Position numbers and translations under genes: made by a program. The notes beneath the pieces are model-generated. The model was not told the origin of the DNA. It did not search any database and saw only the letters and a list, made by a program, of their open reading frames with translations. Shown here piece after piece: positions 1 through 9,339 of a stretch of DNA of 27,199 nucleotides (within the stretch, counting starts at the first letter, position 1; each line of letters opens with the position of its first letter). The stretch is taken from the NCBI GenBank assembly GCA_030614005.1, contig JAUWKS010000043.1, forward strand, positions 1 through 27,199, in the 5' to 3' direction. Origin of the DNA: Candidatus Heimdallarchaeota archaeon. GTDB taxonomy: Archaea; Asgardarchaeota; Heimdallarchaeia; JABLTI01.

Positions 1-81
1 TGACCCCACAAAGTATGCTTAACAAAAAAACAATTAAAAATCGTAAGTAATAATATTAATTACCTTATCTGAGGGAAAAAA

Positions 82-894
82 ATGAATCCAAACCAAGATG
101 AAAACGATAACAAACCAACAGGGCATTTAGTTGAGATATTTAGTTCCTACCAAGGAGAGGGAGGCTCTGTGAGAGGTTCCTGCTTCGGTAGAAGACAAAT
201 ATTTATTCGATTTGCAGGTTGTGACCTTCGCTGTGCTTGGTGTGATTCAGCAGCATCCAGAGACCCCAAATACCCTGAATGTAAAGTAGAAATCAATCCG
301 GGGACATGGAAATTTACTACTTATCCAAATCCTGTAGATGAAACATTCGTTCTCGATCAAATATTGCATTTATCGACAAAGGATTTTCACTCAGTATCCC
401 TTACAGGTGGAGAACCAACTTATCAAGAGGATTTCTTTTACAAAATAGTTAATCGTTTGTACGATTTGGAATTACCAATCTTTCTTGAAACAGCAGGTTA
501 TTTCCCAGAACGAATTGAAAAAGTAGCCCATCTTATCAGCTATTCTTGTGTTGATATTAAAGATCGAAGTGCAAAATGTATCAAAAACAGTGATTGGGAA
601 GACCTTGTTGAAAAGGAATTAAAATCATTAGCTATCTTGAATGAACATTTTGTTAAAGCCTTTGCAAAACTAGTTGTCACAGAAGGCACCTCAATAGACG
701 ATGTTCGAATGATTGCTGATAAAATGAGAGATATAGTTTTACCAATAGTTATACAGCCCGTTACCCCAACAAATGGTGTAGGACCAATTTCTAATGAAAA
801 ATTGTTCGAAATAACAGAAACGATTGCAGAGGTTTTACCTACAGATTTATTCGGTGTATCAATCCAAAGTCACAAAATATTCAGCTTGTTATAA
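82..894 (+). CDS. queE: 7-carboxy-7-deazaguanine synthase (QueE-type radical SAM enzyme)
   Basis: N-terminal 'EIFSSYQGEG...RQIFIRFAGCDLRCAWCDS' carries the CxxxCxxC radical-SAM motif. It is followed by 'SVSLTGGEP', 'LETAG' and C-terminal 'IQSHK', which together are typical of QueE. In archaea preQ0 feeds archaeosine synthesis (established knowledge). Confidence 0.85.
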   Translation: MNPNQDENDNKPTGHLVEIFSSYQGEGGSVRGSCFGRRQIFIRFAGCDLRCAWCDSAASRDPKYPECKVEINPGTWKFTTYPNPVDETFVLDQILHLSTKDFHSVSLTGGEPTYQEDFFYKIVNRLYDLELPIFLETAGYFPERIEKVAHLISYSCVDIKDRSAKCIKNSDWEDLVEKELKSLAILNEHFVKAFAKLVVTEGTSIDDVRMIADKMRDIVLPIVIQPVTPTNGVGPISNEKLFEITETIAEVLPTDLFGVSIQSHKIFSLL

Positions 895-1045
895 TAAAAA
901 ACACGTTAACTTTCTTAATATTAGCATCTACATCGAATTTTCTTCGCTAGTCATTGGTATTCAAAGAATATCTTTCCAATTGTTGCTTGCTTTTTCCATG
1001 GTCACTCATTAACTTTCATTTTGAGAATAAACTTCACTCATAAAA

Positions 1046-1705
1046 TCAATCGTTGATTAGTATTTTCTTGAGTAACTGATAAATGAAATGATGAAATTCT
1101 TTTATTTCAAAAACTTCAGATTGCAACCCTTCAAAGAAATGTGCATGCATCGGAGAAGTAATAATAGCCGGACCTAGAACAAAACCCCATAATGCTAAGG
1201 AGAAATACATAGGGTTAGAAGTTTTTAACTCTCTTGATTTTGTTGCGCGGGAAACCACCTCAAACAAATTCGTAAAACCCGACCGATTGTATTCCAATTC
1301 AAACGGTCCTGGTTTATTTCTATTTGATTTAGGTGGATCTTGTAGGAACATAAACTTAAACAATGGATAATCCTTGACTGAAAAGCCAAGAAATGATTCG
1401 CCAATTTTTCCTATTAATTCTAAATCATTACCTGTATGTTCTTTTTCTAGAATATTCCATTCTTCTGATAATTGACCAAATACCTTGTTTTTGCATGCAA
1501 ACCATAATTCCCTCTTATTGTTCACGTATTTATATAACCCACTAACAACAACATCGAGTTGTTTAGCTAGTTCACGCATGCTCATATTACTCCCATTTTT
1601 GATAAATAATACAAGTCCTTTTCGGATAATTTTCTGTAACTGTTCTTCCTTCTTATCTGGACTTCGATTTCTACTGTTCTTTTCATTTACAGGCATTTGC
1701 TTCAC
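1046..1705 (-). CDS. TetR/AcrR family transcriptional regulator
   Basis: N-terminal HTH 'SMRELAKQLDVVVSGLYKYVNNKRELW' followed by a helical ligand-binding domain. It is divergent from the 1834 gene. Confidence 0.9.
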   Translation of the reverse strand: MKQMPVNEKNSRNRSPDKKEEQLQKIIRKGLVLFIKNGSNMSMRELAKQLDVVVSGLYKYVNNKRELWFACKNKVFGQLSEEWNILEKEHTGNDLELIGKIGESFLGFSVKDYPLFKFMFLQDPPKSNRNKPGPFELEYNRSGFTNLFEVVSRATKSRELKTSNPMYFSLALWGFVLGPAIITSPMHAHFFEGLQSEVFEIKEFHHFIYQLLKKILIND

Positions 1706-1710
1706 TTAAG

Positions 1711-1723
1711 AGAACACTATTCA
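1711..1723. promoter_or_regulatory. Imperfect operator palindrome AGAACA-C-TATTCA (candidate TetR site 1)
   Basis: Matches the perfect palindrome at 1758-1770 at 11 of 13 positions. It lies between the TATA-like box and the tetR GTG start at 1705. Confidence 0.55.
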
Positions 1724-1726
1724 CAA

Positions 1727-1736
1727 TATTTAAATA
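1727..1736. promoter_or_regulatory. Palindromic TATA-like box TATTTAAATA (possibly bidirectional)
   Basis: Self-complementary and reads TTTAAATA on both strands. Its centre is about 26 nt upstream of the tetR start, the expected position for a leaderless archaeal transcript. Confidence 0.45.
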
Positions 1737-1757
1737 CTTTGATGGCCCACCTAAAAA

Positions 1758-1770
1758 AGAACACTGTTCT
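1758..1770. promoter_or_regulatory. Perfect operator palindrome AGAACA-C-TGTTCT (candidate TetR site 2)
   Basis: A 6-1-6 inverted repeat read directly from the sequence, in the 128-bp divergent intergenic region. Confidence 0.6.
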
Positions 1771-1833
1771 CTTAAACATGTCTCTTTAGATAGAACAGCA
1801 AAGTTAAACGTATGAATTTGAGGATTAAGAAAA

Positions 1834-3612
1834 ATGAACAAAACAATGAAGAAACTACTGATTTCAGTACTCAAATATTTGCCATTTATTGCTCTTACAA
1901 TATTGAGTATACTGTCTGGTGTTTTTCTCTATGATATTGAAAAACTAAGAATACCTGTTATAGTAATTGGTTCTTTACTCTCAATAAACTTGATAATAGT
2001 AATTATCCTACAAATAAATGACTATTTTGTATATGGAATTTCAGTAATAGCAATACTAGGGAGTATTTTTGTATTTACTATACCATCAGTAGGACAACTC
2101 TACATAGAAAATGTTATTGCTAGTATATATTTAGGACTATTTAGTGTAACATTCTTTCCACCAATATTTAAGCTGAAGCCGTTCACTTATAGTTTCTCGG
2201 AAGGAGATTTCCCAGTAGCTATTGCTAAAAGTAAAAAGTTTCTGAAAATAAATCTAATAATCAATTATATTTGGGCAATACTATTTGCTGGAGCCTTTTT
2301 CTTAACAATAATAAAATATTCAAATGAACTAGCGATTCAATTGCCATTATCAATAATTCTACCAATTATTATACTGACTGGAATTGGTATTCCAGCAACA
2401 ATAAAACTTCCAACGATACTAATGGATAAAATACCTAATGATCAGATGAAATTTTCATCTATCAAAGAGTTGTTTGAAGCTCAACCATTGGGTTTAAACA
2501 AAGAATTAGCTAAAGACTTGGATATAGTAATGCAATTTCTCCTTACTGGGGAGGAACCTACAGAAGGCTATCTTACCATAAAAAATTCTATTTGTACATA
2601 CACAAGTGGTGTACATCCTTCCCCAAGCACCACAATAAAAGCTACCTCGGAATTGTGGCTCGGTATCTCAAATAATGAGATATCTGGATCAAAGGCTTTT
2701 ATCAACAAAGAATACGAAGTAGAAGGTGATATGTCAATATTAATGGAGTTCAGTAATTTATTCTCTCCAACAAAGAAAGAAAAAGTAAAAGCTAAAGCTA
2801 GAGTTACTCTGAAAAATGTTGACTTTAAATATTCCACTGTTTCTCCTGGAACAATCAAAAAAGTAGTTGTTTTTGATGGTGGTCCAAGGAACAAAAAATT
2901 AAGTAAAACCAGTTTTATGGTGGATAAGTTCATTGAAGGCGTTGAAGTTGCAGGAGCAGAAGTTGAATATTTTAAGCTGAAAGATTACGATATAAATGAT
3001 TGTGTTGGATGTTATACCTGTTGGACTAAAACACCTGGCAAATGTATATTCGAAGATGATATGTCTACTCTTCGGATGAAATATAGGGAAGCTGATTTGA
3101 TTGTTTTTGCTTCGCCACTTTATATTTTCAGTGTAACTGGAATCCTGAAACGATTCTTAGACAGATTAATACCCCTCTTAAAACCATATATGGTAGTTGA
3201 CGAACTTGGTGTTACAATGCATCCTGATAGATATCCTGAGTTAGGAAAGCATGGATTTGTAGTGTTTAGTGCTGCAGGCTTTCCAGATCTAAAGCATAAT
3301 TTTGATGGATTGATTTCTACGTTTAAATTGTTTGAACTACATAATCAAAGTCTACATATGATGGGTGGTTTCTACTTACCCAATGCAGAAACAATCGTTC
3401 AACCAATTTTTTCAGATAGGAAAAATCTAATAGCTGATTTATGTCGAAAATCGGGTGAACAAATCATAAAAGAAGGAAAAATAACTCCATCATTTATGGA
3501 CAAAATCGCTGACCATAGCTTTACAGCTGAAAGATTTCAAGAAGAAGCAAATTATTTCTGGGAAGCTTTAGATGGAAAAGCTTCGTATCTAAAAGAAGTC
3601 CCGAAACTCTAA
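1834..3612 (+). CDS. Fusion: multi-pass membrane domain + SCP2 lipid-binding domain + iron-sulfur flavoprotein (flavodoxin-like NAD(P)H:FMN reductase family)
   Basis: About six hydrophobic segments in aa 1-195. SCP2-like segment 'MQFLLTGEE..GYLTIKNSIC.YTSG..PSPSTTIKATSELWLGISNNEISGSKAF...YEVEGD'. Then 'VVVFDGGPR', the Isf-type motif 'CVGCYTCWTKTPGKC', and 'ADLIVFASPLY....GILKRFLDR'. Confidence 0.8.
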   Translation: MNKTMKKLLISVLKYLPFIALTILSILSGVFLYDIEKLRIPVIVIGSLLSINLIIVIILQINDYFVYGISVIAILGSIFVFTIPSVGQLYIENVIASIYLGLFSVTFFPPIFKLKPFTYSFSEGDFPVAIAKSKKFLKINLIINYIWAILFAGAFFLTIIKYSNELAIQLPLSIILPIIILTGIGIPATIKLPTILMDKIPNDQMKFSSIKELFEAQPLGLNKELAKDLDIVMQFLLTGEEPTEGYLTIKNSICTYTSGVHPSPSTTIKATSELWLGISNNEISGSKAFINKEYEVEGDMSILMEFSNLFSPTKKEKVKAKARVTLKNVDFKYSTVSPGTIKKVVVFDGGPRNKKLSKTSFMVDKFIEGVEVAGAEVEYFKLKDYDINDCVGCYTCWTKTPGKCIFEDDMSTLRMKYREADLIVFASPLYIFSVTGILKRFLDRLIPLLKPYMVVDELGVTMHPDRYPELGKHGFVVFSAAGFPDLKHNFDGLISTFKLFELHNQSLHMMGGFYLPNAETIVQPIFSDRKNLIADLCRKSGEQIIKEGKITPSFMDKIADHSFTAERFQEEANYFWEALDGKASYLKEVPKL

Positions 3613-3630
3613 AGAAAAAAACAGTAAAAC

Positions 3631-3655
3631 TATCAGAGCAATTTCAGCTCTGATA
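3631..3655. terminator. Hairpin terminator, probably bidirectional
   Basis: 9-bp perfect stem TATCAGAGC / GCTCTGATA with a 7-nt loop. A T-rich run follows on the minus strand (complement of AAGAAAAAAACAGTAAAAC) and TTTAATT follows on the plus strand. It sits between the 3612 stop and the relic's stop at 3657-3659. Confidence 0.6.
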
Positions 3656-3656
3656 T

Positions 3657-3782
3657 TTAATTATATGCCAATATTACTCCTGTATCACCTTTAGGTTCTT
3701 CTATAAGTGCTGCATCAAAGTCGCAAATAGTCCAGCAAAGAATATTGGTGCAAGTCATCGAAAAAGAGCCTCGAATTATTTC
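3657..3782 (-). pseudogene. Degenerate ferredoxin C-terminal fragment (paralog of 9713-9973)
   Basis: The minus strand translates as EIIRGSFSMTCTNILCWTICDFDAALIEEPKGDTGVILAYN*, versus EIYRPKNLKDCAECGACWNICDFDAVIFGEPKGGTGVRFEFG* for the intact gene. The stop position is the same. A 20-nt block (3710-3729 = 9766-9785) and an 11-nt block (3688-3698 = 9744-9754) are identical, both at offset 6056. One cluster Cys and the whole first cluster motif are missing. Confidence 0.75.
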
Positions 3783-4070
3783 TGTTTCTTCGCCTGTCTT
3801 TCAGAAATAGAAGATTCTTATAGAAAAAACACCCTTTTAAAATCAATTTTAATTATTTCATCTCTATACTTAATCAGTAATACGAAGATGAAATTTCCTT
3901 GTTTAGTTGGATGTTCAATGAAGTAATGATGCTTTCATACTTCGAATAAATCATTCTGCGCCAGCTATTTGCTATTTCTCTTGTTTTGTTTGTTATTTGA
4001 ATCTCTTTTTTCCTTTTTTTCAACTTTGCAATGTGGAAATAGATATATAGCATATTAGATAGTTTCTTTT

Positions 4071-6818
4071 GTGGGAAGGTTTTACATGAAGGGATTCTAT
4101 TATGATCTTTTAGGTAAAAGGAAATTACTGTTCAAAGTAATAATAATTATTGGTCTCGTTTCTTTAACTTCATTTGTAGTTGCTTTACTTCCACAACTAA
4201 TTAATCCTCATGTTCTTAGTAAACATTTAAGTGGACTTTATAGTGACAGTGAGATTTCTGCTAAGGAAAATATTTATCCTGATATTGAATTTCATGGGCA
4301 TACTAATAATCCTTCATTTATTAATAACTTCAACAAAACTGTAGAAAAAGCCTCTTTAGATGTTTTTGGTATTGTTCAGTTAAAAACTCTTAATCTTTAT
4401 ACTTCGGAAAAGGCATTATATTTAAACAACACTCCTGTTGATCCTTATTACGATCGGGTTGTTTTAGTTGGCATCTCTACTTTATTCTATAATTCACTTA
4501 AAGCTTTTAGCACTGATAATGTTTCCTCTTCCGGAGCAATGTTACTTACTGAATTTGAAAATGAAACTCTAAGTACCTCCCTAATATCCGTAAAAGAAAA
4601 AAACACTACAGTATGTCCAAATAAAATAATTACCTATGATAATTTCAATTCAAACTTCCCTTATTTTAGTAATAATTTTATGTTTGAAATATCTTATTGG
4701 CCTAATGCGTATAATACTTGTTATTATCCTTGTTTCTTCTTCCAAATTGATGAGTATATAGCTCGTTTCGATGACTCAATCACTCAAAATGATGAGTATT
4801 ATTATCTTAATGGTTATCTCAAGTTCGAAGAATACCAGGCAGAAATAGTGGCTTGGTCTATTGACTCAAAAACGCTACTCGAAAACTTTCAAACGGAAAT
4901 TCAAATTAGTATTTATAATCTTGAACCTTCTGCTGAATTATCTTTTCTAAATGTATATATTTGGTCTAATATTGAATTAATTGGTACTGTTTATTCATTT
5001 ATTCGTGGATTACAAATAACAATATGGGGTTTTTCATTATTTATTATAGTAGTAGCAATTGCTAAAATGCAAGATGTCAATTGCAACAAAAAACTTCGAA
5101 TTCTTTTTTCAGGGCAAAAATGGCCCAAGCGATTAATTAGTCTATTTCTAGAAAGCCTTCTTATTGTAGTTCTTGGAGTTGGATTTGCTTTATTGTTAAT
5201 TTATCCTCTTCTCCAATTTCAATCATTATTTAATATAGAATTGGTTCTAACACAAGCAAATATTATTGATGTTAGTATAGTTAGTATTGTTATATTTGGT
5301 ACTATTTTTGCTGTATTTTTAGATTTTGAATTCTATCTTCATAGATTAATTTACAAGCAATCAGAAGAAAAGCATTATAAACCATTTAGGAAAGTACCAA
5401 AATATCTCTATTTAGTTCTTATTTTACTAGTATTTCTAGTTCTTTGGTTAGTAAATAGGAATCTTATCTTTCTATTAGTCTTTGCTATTTTTGTAATAAT
5501 ATCGTTAATAATATGTTATTTAGTCGTTTTGTTCACTCGTCTGTTAGTTTATCTATCGAGGAAACTCTATTATTATAGAAAAAAGAAAGAGGATCAACAG
5601 ATATCACCCCTTTTTGCCTTACTAAAAATGTGGAAGAATAAATTAAATTCTAAACTCCTTGTTTACACTCTTATGTTGACAATTATTAGTACTGCCTTTC
5701 TTTATGCAAATTTTAATGCTGATGCTCAAAGAACAAGTTTCCTTTGGGGGACAGGTGGGGAAATAGAATTGCAAAGTTCGCCCTTGAACACTACAGAAAT
5801 AGAACTTAACTTGAAAAATATCCCCGAAATCATCGATTATACAAAGTTAACAAATTTCTATCAGTTTTCTAATAGTAGTAGTTCTTATGATTTTGCTTTA
5901 ATTGATGATGATATTGCTATTGTCAATGGAACTTATGAAGGGGATCGAATAAATGAACTTATTGGGATTAATAGCACAGATTATCTTCAATTTTTCGAAA
6001 AGTGGAACAAAAGAAGTTGGCTTACACAAGGGAAACCTCAAACTATAGCTGAAAATCAAATTTATGTTACTAGAAAATTTCAAGAAATGGGTTTTGGTCA
6101 AGGTGATAGTATTAACATTCTTAATAATTCACTATCTTTTACAATTGAAGGATTTATCGATGTTTGGCCTGGTATAACCTATTCTTCCAGTAATAGCCTT
6201 CAACGATATTCAATAATAATGGATTATAATCTTCTTGTATCAATTTTAGAAGATTTGCAATTTGATTATAGTGTATACTATAAATTACATACTTCTGAAA
6301 GAGATATCAACTCAACTGTTGAGAAAATTGTTCCAATGATTTCACAACTTGGTGTTAGTGAAATAAATTATCTCAACCCGGAAGTATTTTCAGGTATTAG
6401 ACATGTCTTTCTTAGACCTATTATTGTTGTTGTTCAATTATTTATTTTAATTTGGATTTCGTTGTTTATTTATTCGAATATTGATGGTATTCATCAGAAT
6501 TCTGATGCTAAGAATCTAGGATTAATTGCCTTTAATAGTGATTTTCGAAAACCACTTAAGACCTATCTTTTAATTGAAGTTTTTATTATCTTTTCAGCAT
6601 TTCTAATACTATTCGGGTTTCTTCAAGGATTATCTTTTATATTTCTCACTGGCTTTGGTTTTATGGGAATAAAAACATTGATTATTTCCCATTATACTCT
6701 ATTTAATATTTTATTCCTACTATTATCTTATCCTATTTTATTGCTCGTTCAAGGAATTGCTGAATATTTTAACTTACGTCGGATTAATTTAAGTTTAATT
6801 TATCGACATTTAGAATAA
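4071..6818 (+). CDS. Large ABC transporter permease-like membrane protein (FtsX/MacB-like, divergent)
   Basis: TM - large soluble domain - TM bundle - second soluble domain - TM bundle layout. Segments align by eye with the 12714 permease (FLWGTGGEIEL vs YYTLGADIVV; IGINSTDY vs LGIELDNF; FIDVWPGI vs FYEYWPTL). Two ABC ATPases lie directly downstream. The start may be ATG 4086. Confidence 0.7.
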   Translation: MGRFYMKGFYYDLLGKRKLLFKVIIIIGLVSLTSFVVALLPQLINPHVLSKHLSGLYSDSEISAKENIYPDIEFHGHTNNPSFINNFNKTVEKASLDVFGIVQLKTLNLYTSEKALYLNNTPVDPYYDRVVLVGISTLFYNSLKAFSTDNVSSSGAMLLTEFENETLSTSLISVKEKNTTVCPNKIITYDNFNSNFPYFSNNFMFEISYWPNAYNTCYYPCFFFQIDEYIARFDDSITQNDEYYYLNGYLKFEEYQAEIVAWSIDSKTLLENFQTEIQISIYNLEPSAELSFLNVYIWSNIELIGTVYSFIRGLQITIWGFSLFIIVVAIAKMQDVNCNKKLRILFSGQKWPKRLISLFLESLLIVVLGVGFALLLIYPLLQFQSLFNIELVLTQANIIDVSIVSIVIFGTIFAVFLDFEFYLHRLIYKQSEEKHYKPFRKVPKYLYLVLILLVFLVLWLVNRNLIFLLVFAIFVIISLIICYLVVLFTRLLVYLSRKLYYYRKKKEDQQISPLFALLKMWKNKLNSKLLVYTLMLTIISTAFLYANFNADAQRTSFLWGTGGEIELQSSPLNTTEIELNLKNIPEIIDYTKLTNFYQFSNSSSSYDFALIDDDIAIVNGTYEGDRINELIGINSTDYLQFFEKWNKRSWLTQGKPQTIAENQIYVTRKFQEMGFGQGDSINILNNSLSFTIEGFIDVWPGITYSSSNSLQRYSIIMDYNLLVSILEDLQFDYSVYYKLHTSERDINSTVEKIVPMISQLGVSEINYLNPEVFSGIRHVFLRPIIVVVQLFILIWISLFIYSNIDGIHQNSDAKNLGLIAFNSDFRKPLKTYLLIEVFIIFSAFLILFGFLQGLSFIFLTGFGFMGIKTLIISHYTLFNILFLLLSYPILLLVQGIAEYFNLRRINLSLIYRHLE

Positions 6819-6822
6819 TGAG

Positions 6823-7533
6823 GTGAACAAAATTATTGAAAACAAGAAAATATTGAAAGCTAATGAACTTACAAAAATCTTTCCTCATCCTTCTAAAGAT
6901 GATACAAACATCCCATTATTTGCAAATGCCTCTTTTGAGATGACTTCGGATCAACCTAATTTCATTATCGGTGTTTCTGGTTCTGGAAAAACCACTCTAT
7001 TTAGAATAATCTCCTCCCTTGAACCAATTAATGCTGGAGAGATTTTTTTAAATGAACTTGCCATTCATCATTTAAAAGGAAGAAATAAAACTAAATATTT
7101 GAGTAGTTTAGGTTTTATAGATCAATTTCCTGCAAAGTATCTATCATTATTATTGACGGTTAAACAAAATATGGATTATAATCTAATACTATATTCTTCT
7201 CTTCAAAAAGAAGAGCGAGAAAAAAGAATTCTTGAAACTGCAAGAAACTTTGAGATTCTACACCTTCTCGAGAGAAAAGCAATCCATCTTTCTGGAGGTG
7301 AAATGCGCCGACTTAGTTTAGCATGCAATATGATCTATAATCCTTCCCTTATTTTATGTGATGAACCAACTTCACAATTAGATGATAAAACTAAGGAATT
7401 AATTATGCAATCAATTTACAAAATGAATGAATTGTATGATGCTCTGATTATCATTGCCACACATGATATGTCAATCATTGGCAAAAACCCTACGTTTAAA
7501 ATTGTTGAAAGGAGAATCGAAAAATGGCAATAG
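6823..7533 (+). CDS. ABC transporter ATP-binding protein (LolD/MacB-like)
   Basis: Walker A GVSGSGKT, signature LSGGE, Walker B ILCDEPT, H-switch ATHD. The start position is uncertain. Confidence 0.9.
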   Translation: MNKIIENKKILKANELTKIFPHPSKDDTNIPLFANASFEMTSDQPNFIIGVSGSGKTTLFRIISSLEPINAGEIFLNELAIHHLKGRNKTKYLSSLGFIDQFPAKYLSLLLTVKQNMDYNLILYSSLQKEEREKRILETARNFEILHLLERKAIHLSGGEMRRLSLACNMIYNPSLILCDEPTSQLDDKTKELIMQSIYKMNELYDALIIIATHDMSIIGKNPTFKIVERRIEKWQ

Positions 7534-8198
7534 TAGAATTACAGAATGTAAAATACTCCATTCCAACTCAATCACAAAGTGAATTTACTATCTTAAAAGA
7601 CATTAATCTGCAAGTTAATTCTGGAGAATTCCACATAATTACTGGTCCATCAGGTTCAGGGAAAACAACCTTACTTCAAATTATTTCTACAATTCTTCAC
7701 CAATCAAGTGGTGTGCGAATTCTTTTTTCAAATAAAATTGATGTTGAATCACCAAAAGATGATTTATATGCTATCAGATCAAAAATAGGTTATCTTCTTC
7801 AAGCACCTTATCTCCCTCTAACCTTGAAAGTTCGAGAAATTATTGAATTACAGTGTTCTCTATCAGGAGTCGGTTGTTTAACAGCTGAAAAGAGAGCTAT
7901 GGAATTATTGACAAAATTAGAAATTGATCAATTTTCCGAGAATCTTCCGAGTAAGCTTAGTGGCGGTGAAAAACAAAGAGTTGCATTAGCTACAATTTTA
8001 GCTCAAAATGTTGATCTATTACTACTAGATGAACCTACGGGATCTTTAGATTATGAAAATAGCTTGATACTATGGGATTTGATAAAAAAAATGACTGACT
8101 CAAAAATAACCATAATAGCTGTAACTCATGATAAAGAAATATCTGAATCAGCAGATTTTTCCCATATGTTAGATTATGGTATTATTAAACAATTATAA
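7524..8198 (+). CDS. ABC transporter ATP-binding protein (LolD/MacB-like)
   Basis: Walker A GPSGSGKT, signature LSGGEKQRV, Walker B LLLDEPT, H-switch VTHD. It overlaps the previous gene by 10 nt. Confidence 0.92.
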   Translation: MAIVELQNVKYSIPTQSQSEFTILKDINLQVNSGEFHIITGPSGSGKTTLLQIISTILHQSSGVRILFSNKIDVESPKDDLYAIRSKIGYLLQAPYLPLTLKVREIIELQCSLSGVGCLTAEKRAMELLTKLEIDQFSENLPSKLSGGEKQRVALATILAQNVDLLLLDEPTGSLDYENSLILWDLIKKMTDSKITIIAVTHDKEISESADFSHMLDYGIIKQL

Positions 8199-8254
8199 AC
8201 TAAAAAAATAATATTTTTCTGCTAATGTAAATTGAAAAAAGATGAGGTAAAATT

Positions 8255-9244
8255 TTGAAAGAAAAAAATGGCTTTGAATTTACGAATAAGGAAGAGATAA
8301 AGGAGATTTTTCAACAAGATTTTGATGTTGAACAATACGAAGAACTAATTGAAAGGTTAAAAGATTCAAGTAATGAAGAGACTGTCAATCAATTTCTAGA
8401 ATCAACTAATGAGATAATTACTGAATTAAACCGAAATCAAAATCTGACGAAAATTAAGGGTAAAGTCATTTCTATTCTGAAAGAGATTGTTTTTGATAAT
8501 AAAAATGGAAATTATAGATTCGAAGCATGGAAAATGTTAGAAAAAAGTAAGATTGGAATGGATTTTTCACCAACAATTCTAGAGAATATTTACCCTTTTT
8601 ATTTTGATGATGGTAATGATGATTCGAATTATAAGAAAATTGGTATGTGTTTATTAGAATTTGGGGATGAAGGTTTAAACAGTGTTATAAGACTGCTAAA
8701 ACGAAAATATGATTTTGAGGATCTCATACAAGTCAATAAATATTCTATTTTAATCGAATTATTAAGTGGTATCAAGGAAAATGAAAAAAAGGTAATAAAC
8801 TGTTTGAATGACATATTTTTGAACAATAAAGTCACATCAATAAAAATATCTGTGTTAAAAACATTAGCAAAATTTAGAGATTCAAAATCAAAACTGAAAA
8901 TAATTCCTAAATTGGTACAAGATATGGATGGTGCTAATCAAAACTTAGACTCAGGAGAGAAACTTAATTTTGAGGATACTATTGATAGAGGAAAGCTTTT
9001 CTTAAAGGTGGGGGAAGAATTTTTAACTATAATTGGAAGCGAAAATTTAAGTAAAACTATACAAGAAGAAACTAATCTTCTTTTACAATTCTATTATACA
9101 TATGCTTTATGGACATATGTTGATGAAAAATTGGGATGGAAATATATGAATAGATTTCTAAAAAATAATAAGTTTAGAATAGAGATTCCAGATAGGTTTG
9201 AATGGATAATTGAAAGTTATATTCAAGAAACAACAAAAATTTGA
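8255..9244 (+). CDS. Hypothetical all-alpha protein, possibly HEAT-repeat-like
   Basis: 329-aa ORF with GAGGT 6 nt before a TTG start. It has amphipathic helical repeats ('RFEAWKML', 'GDEGLNSVIRLL', 'KISVLKTLAKF'), but no family was recognised with certainty. Confidence 0.6.
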   Translation: MKEKNGFEFTNKEEIKEIFQQDFDVEQYEELIERLKDSSNEETVNQFLESTNEIITELNRNQNLTKIKGKVISILKEIVFDNKNGNYRFEAWKMLEKSKIGMDFSPTILENIYPFYFDDGNDDSNYKKIGMCLLEFGDEGLNSVIRLLKRKYDFEDLIQVNKYSILIELLSGIKENEKKVINCLNDIFLNNKVTSIKISVLKTLAKFRDSKSKLKIIPKLVQDMDGANQNLDSGEKLNFEDTIDRGKLFLKVGEEFLTIIGSENLSKTIQEETNLLLQFYYTYALWTYVDEKLGWKYMNRFLKNNKFRIEIPDRFEWIIESYIQETTKI

Positions 9245-9339
9245 GATATAAAAAACATTATTTAAACAATTGTTAGATAAATTTTGAGAAAAAAGTGAAA
9301 TCCCCAAAATCATATTGCTATGATTCTGGTAATAAAAGA

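Noticed and set aside
3-50. Possible 3' end of an upstream gene (TPQSMLNKKTIKNRK*)
   Set aside because: Only 15 codons are visible, which cannot be distinguished from chance.
3870-4030. About 49-codon TTG-started minus-strand ORF in the intergenic region
   Set aside because: Low-complexity Lys/Asn-rich translation of a T-rich tract, with no RBS or motif.
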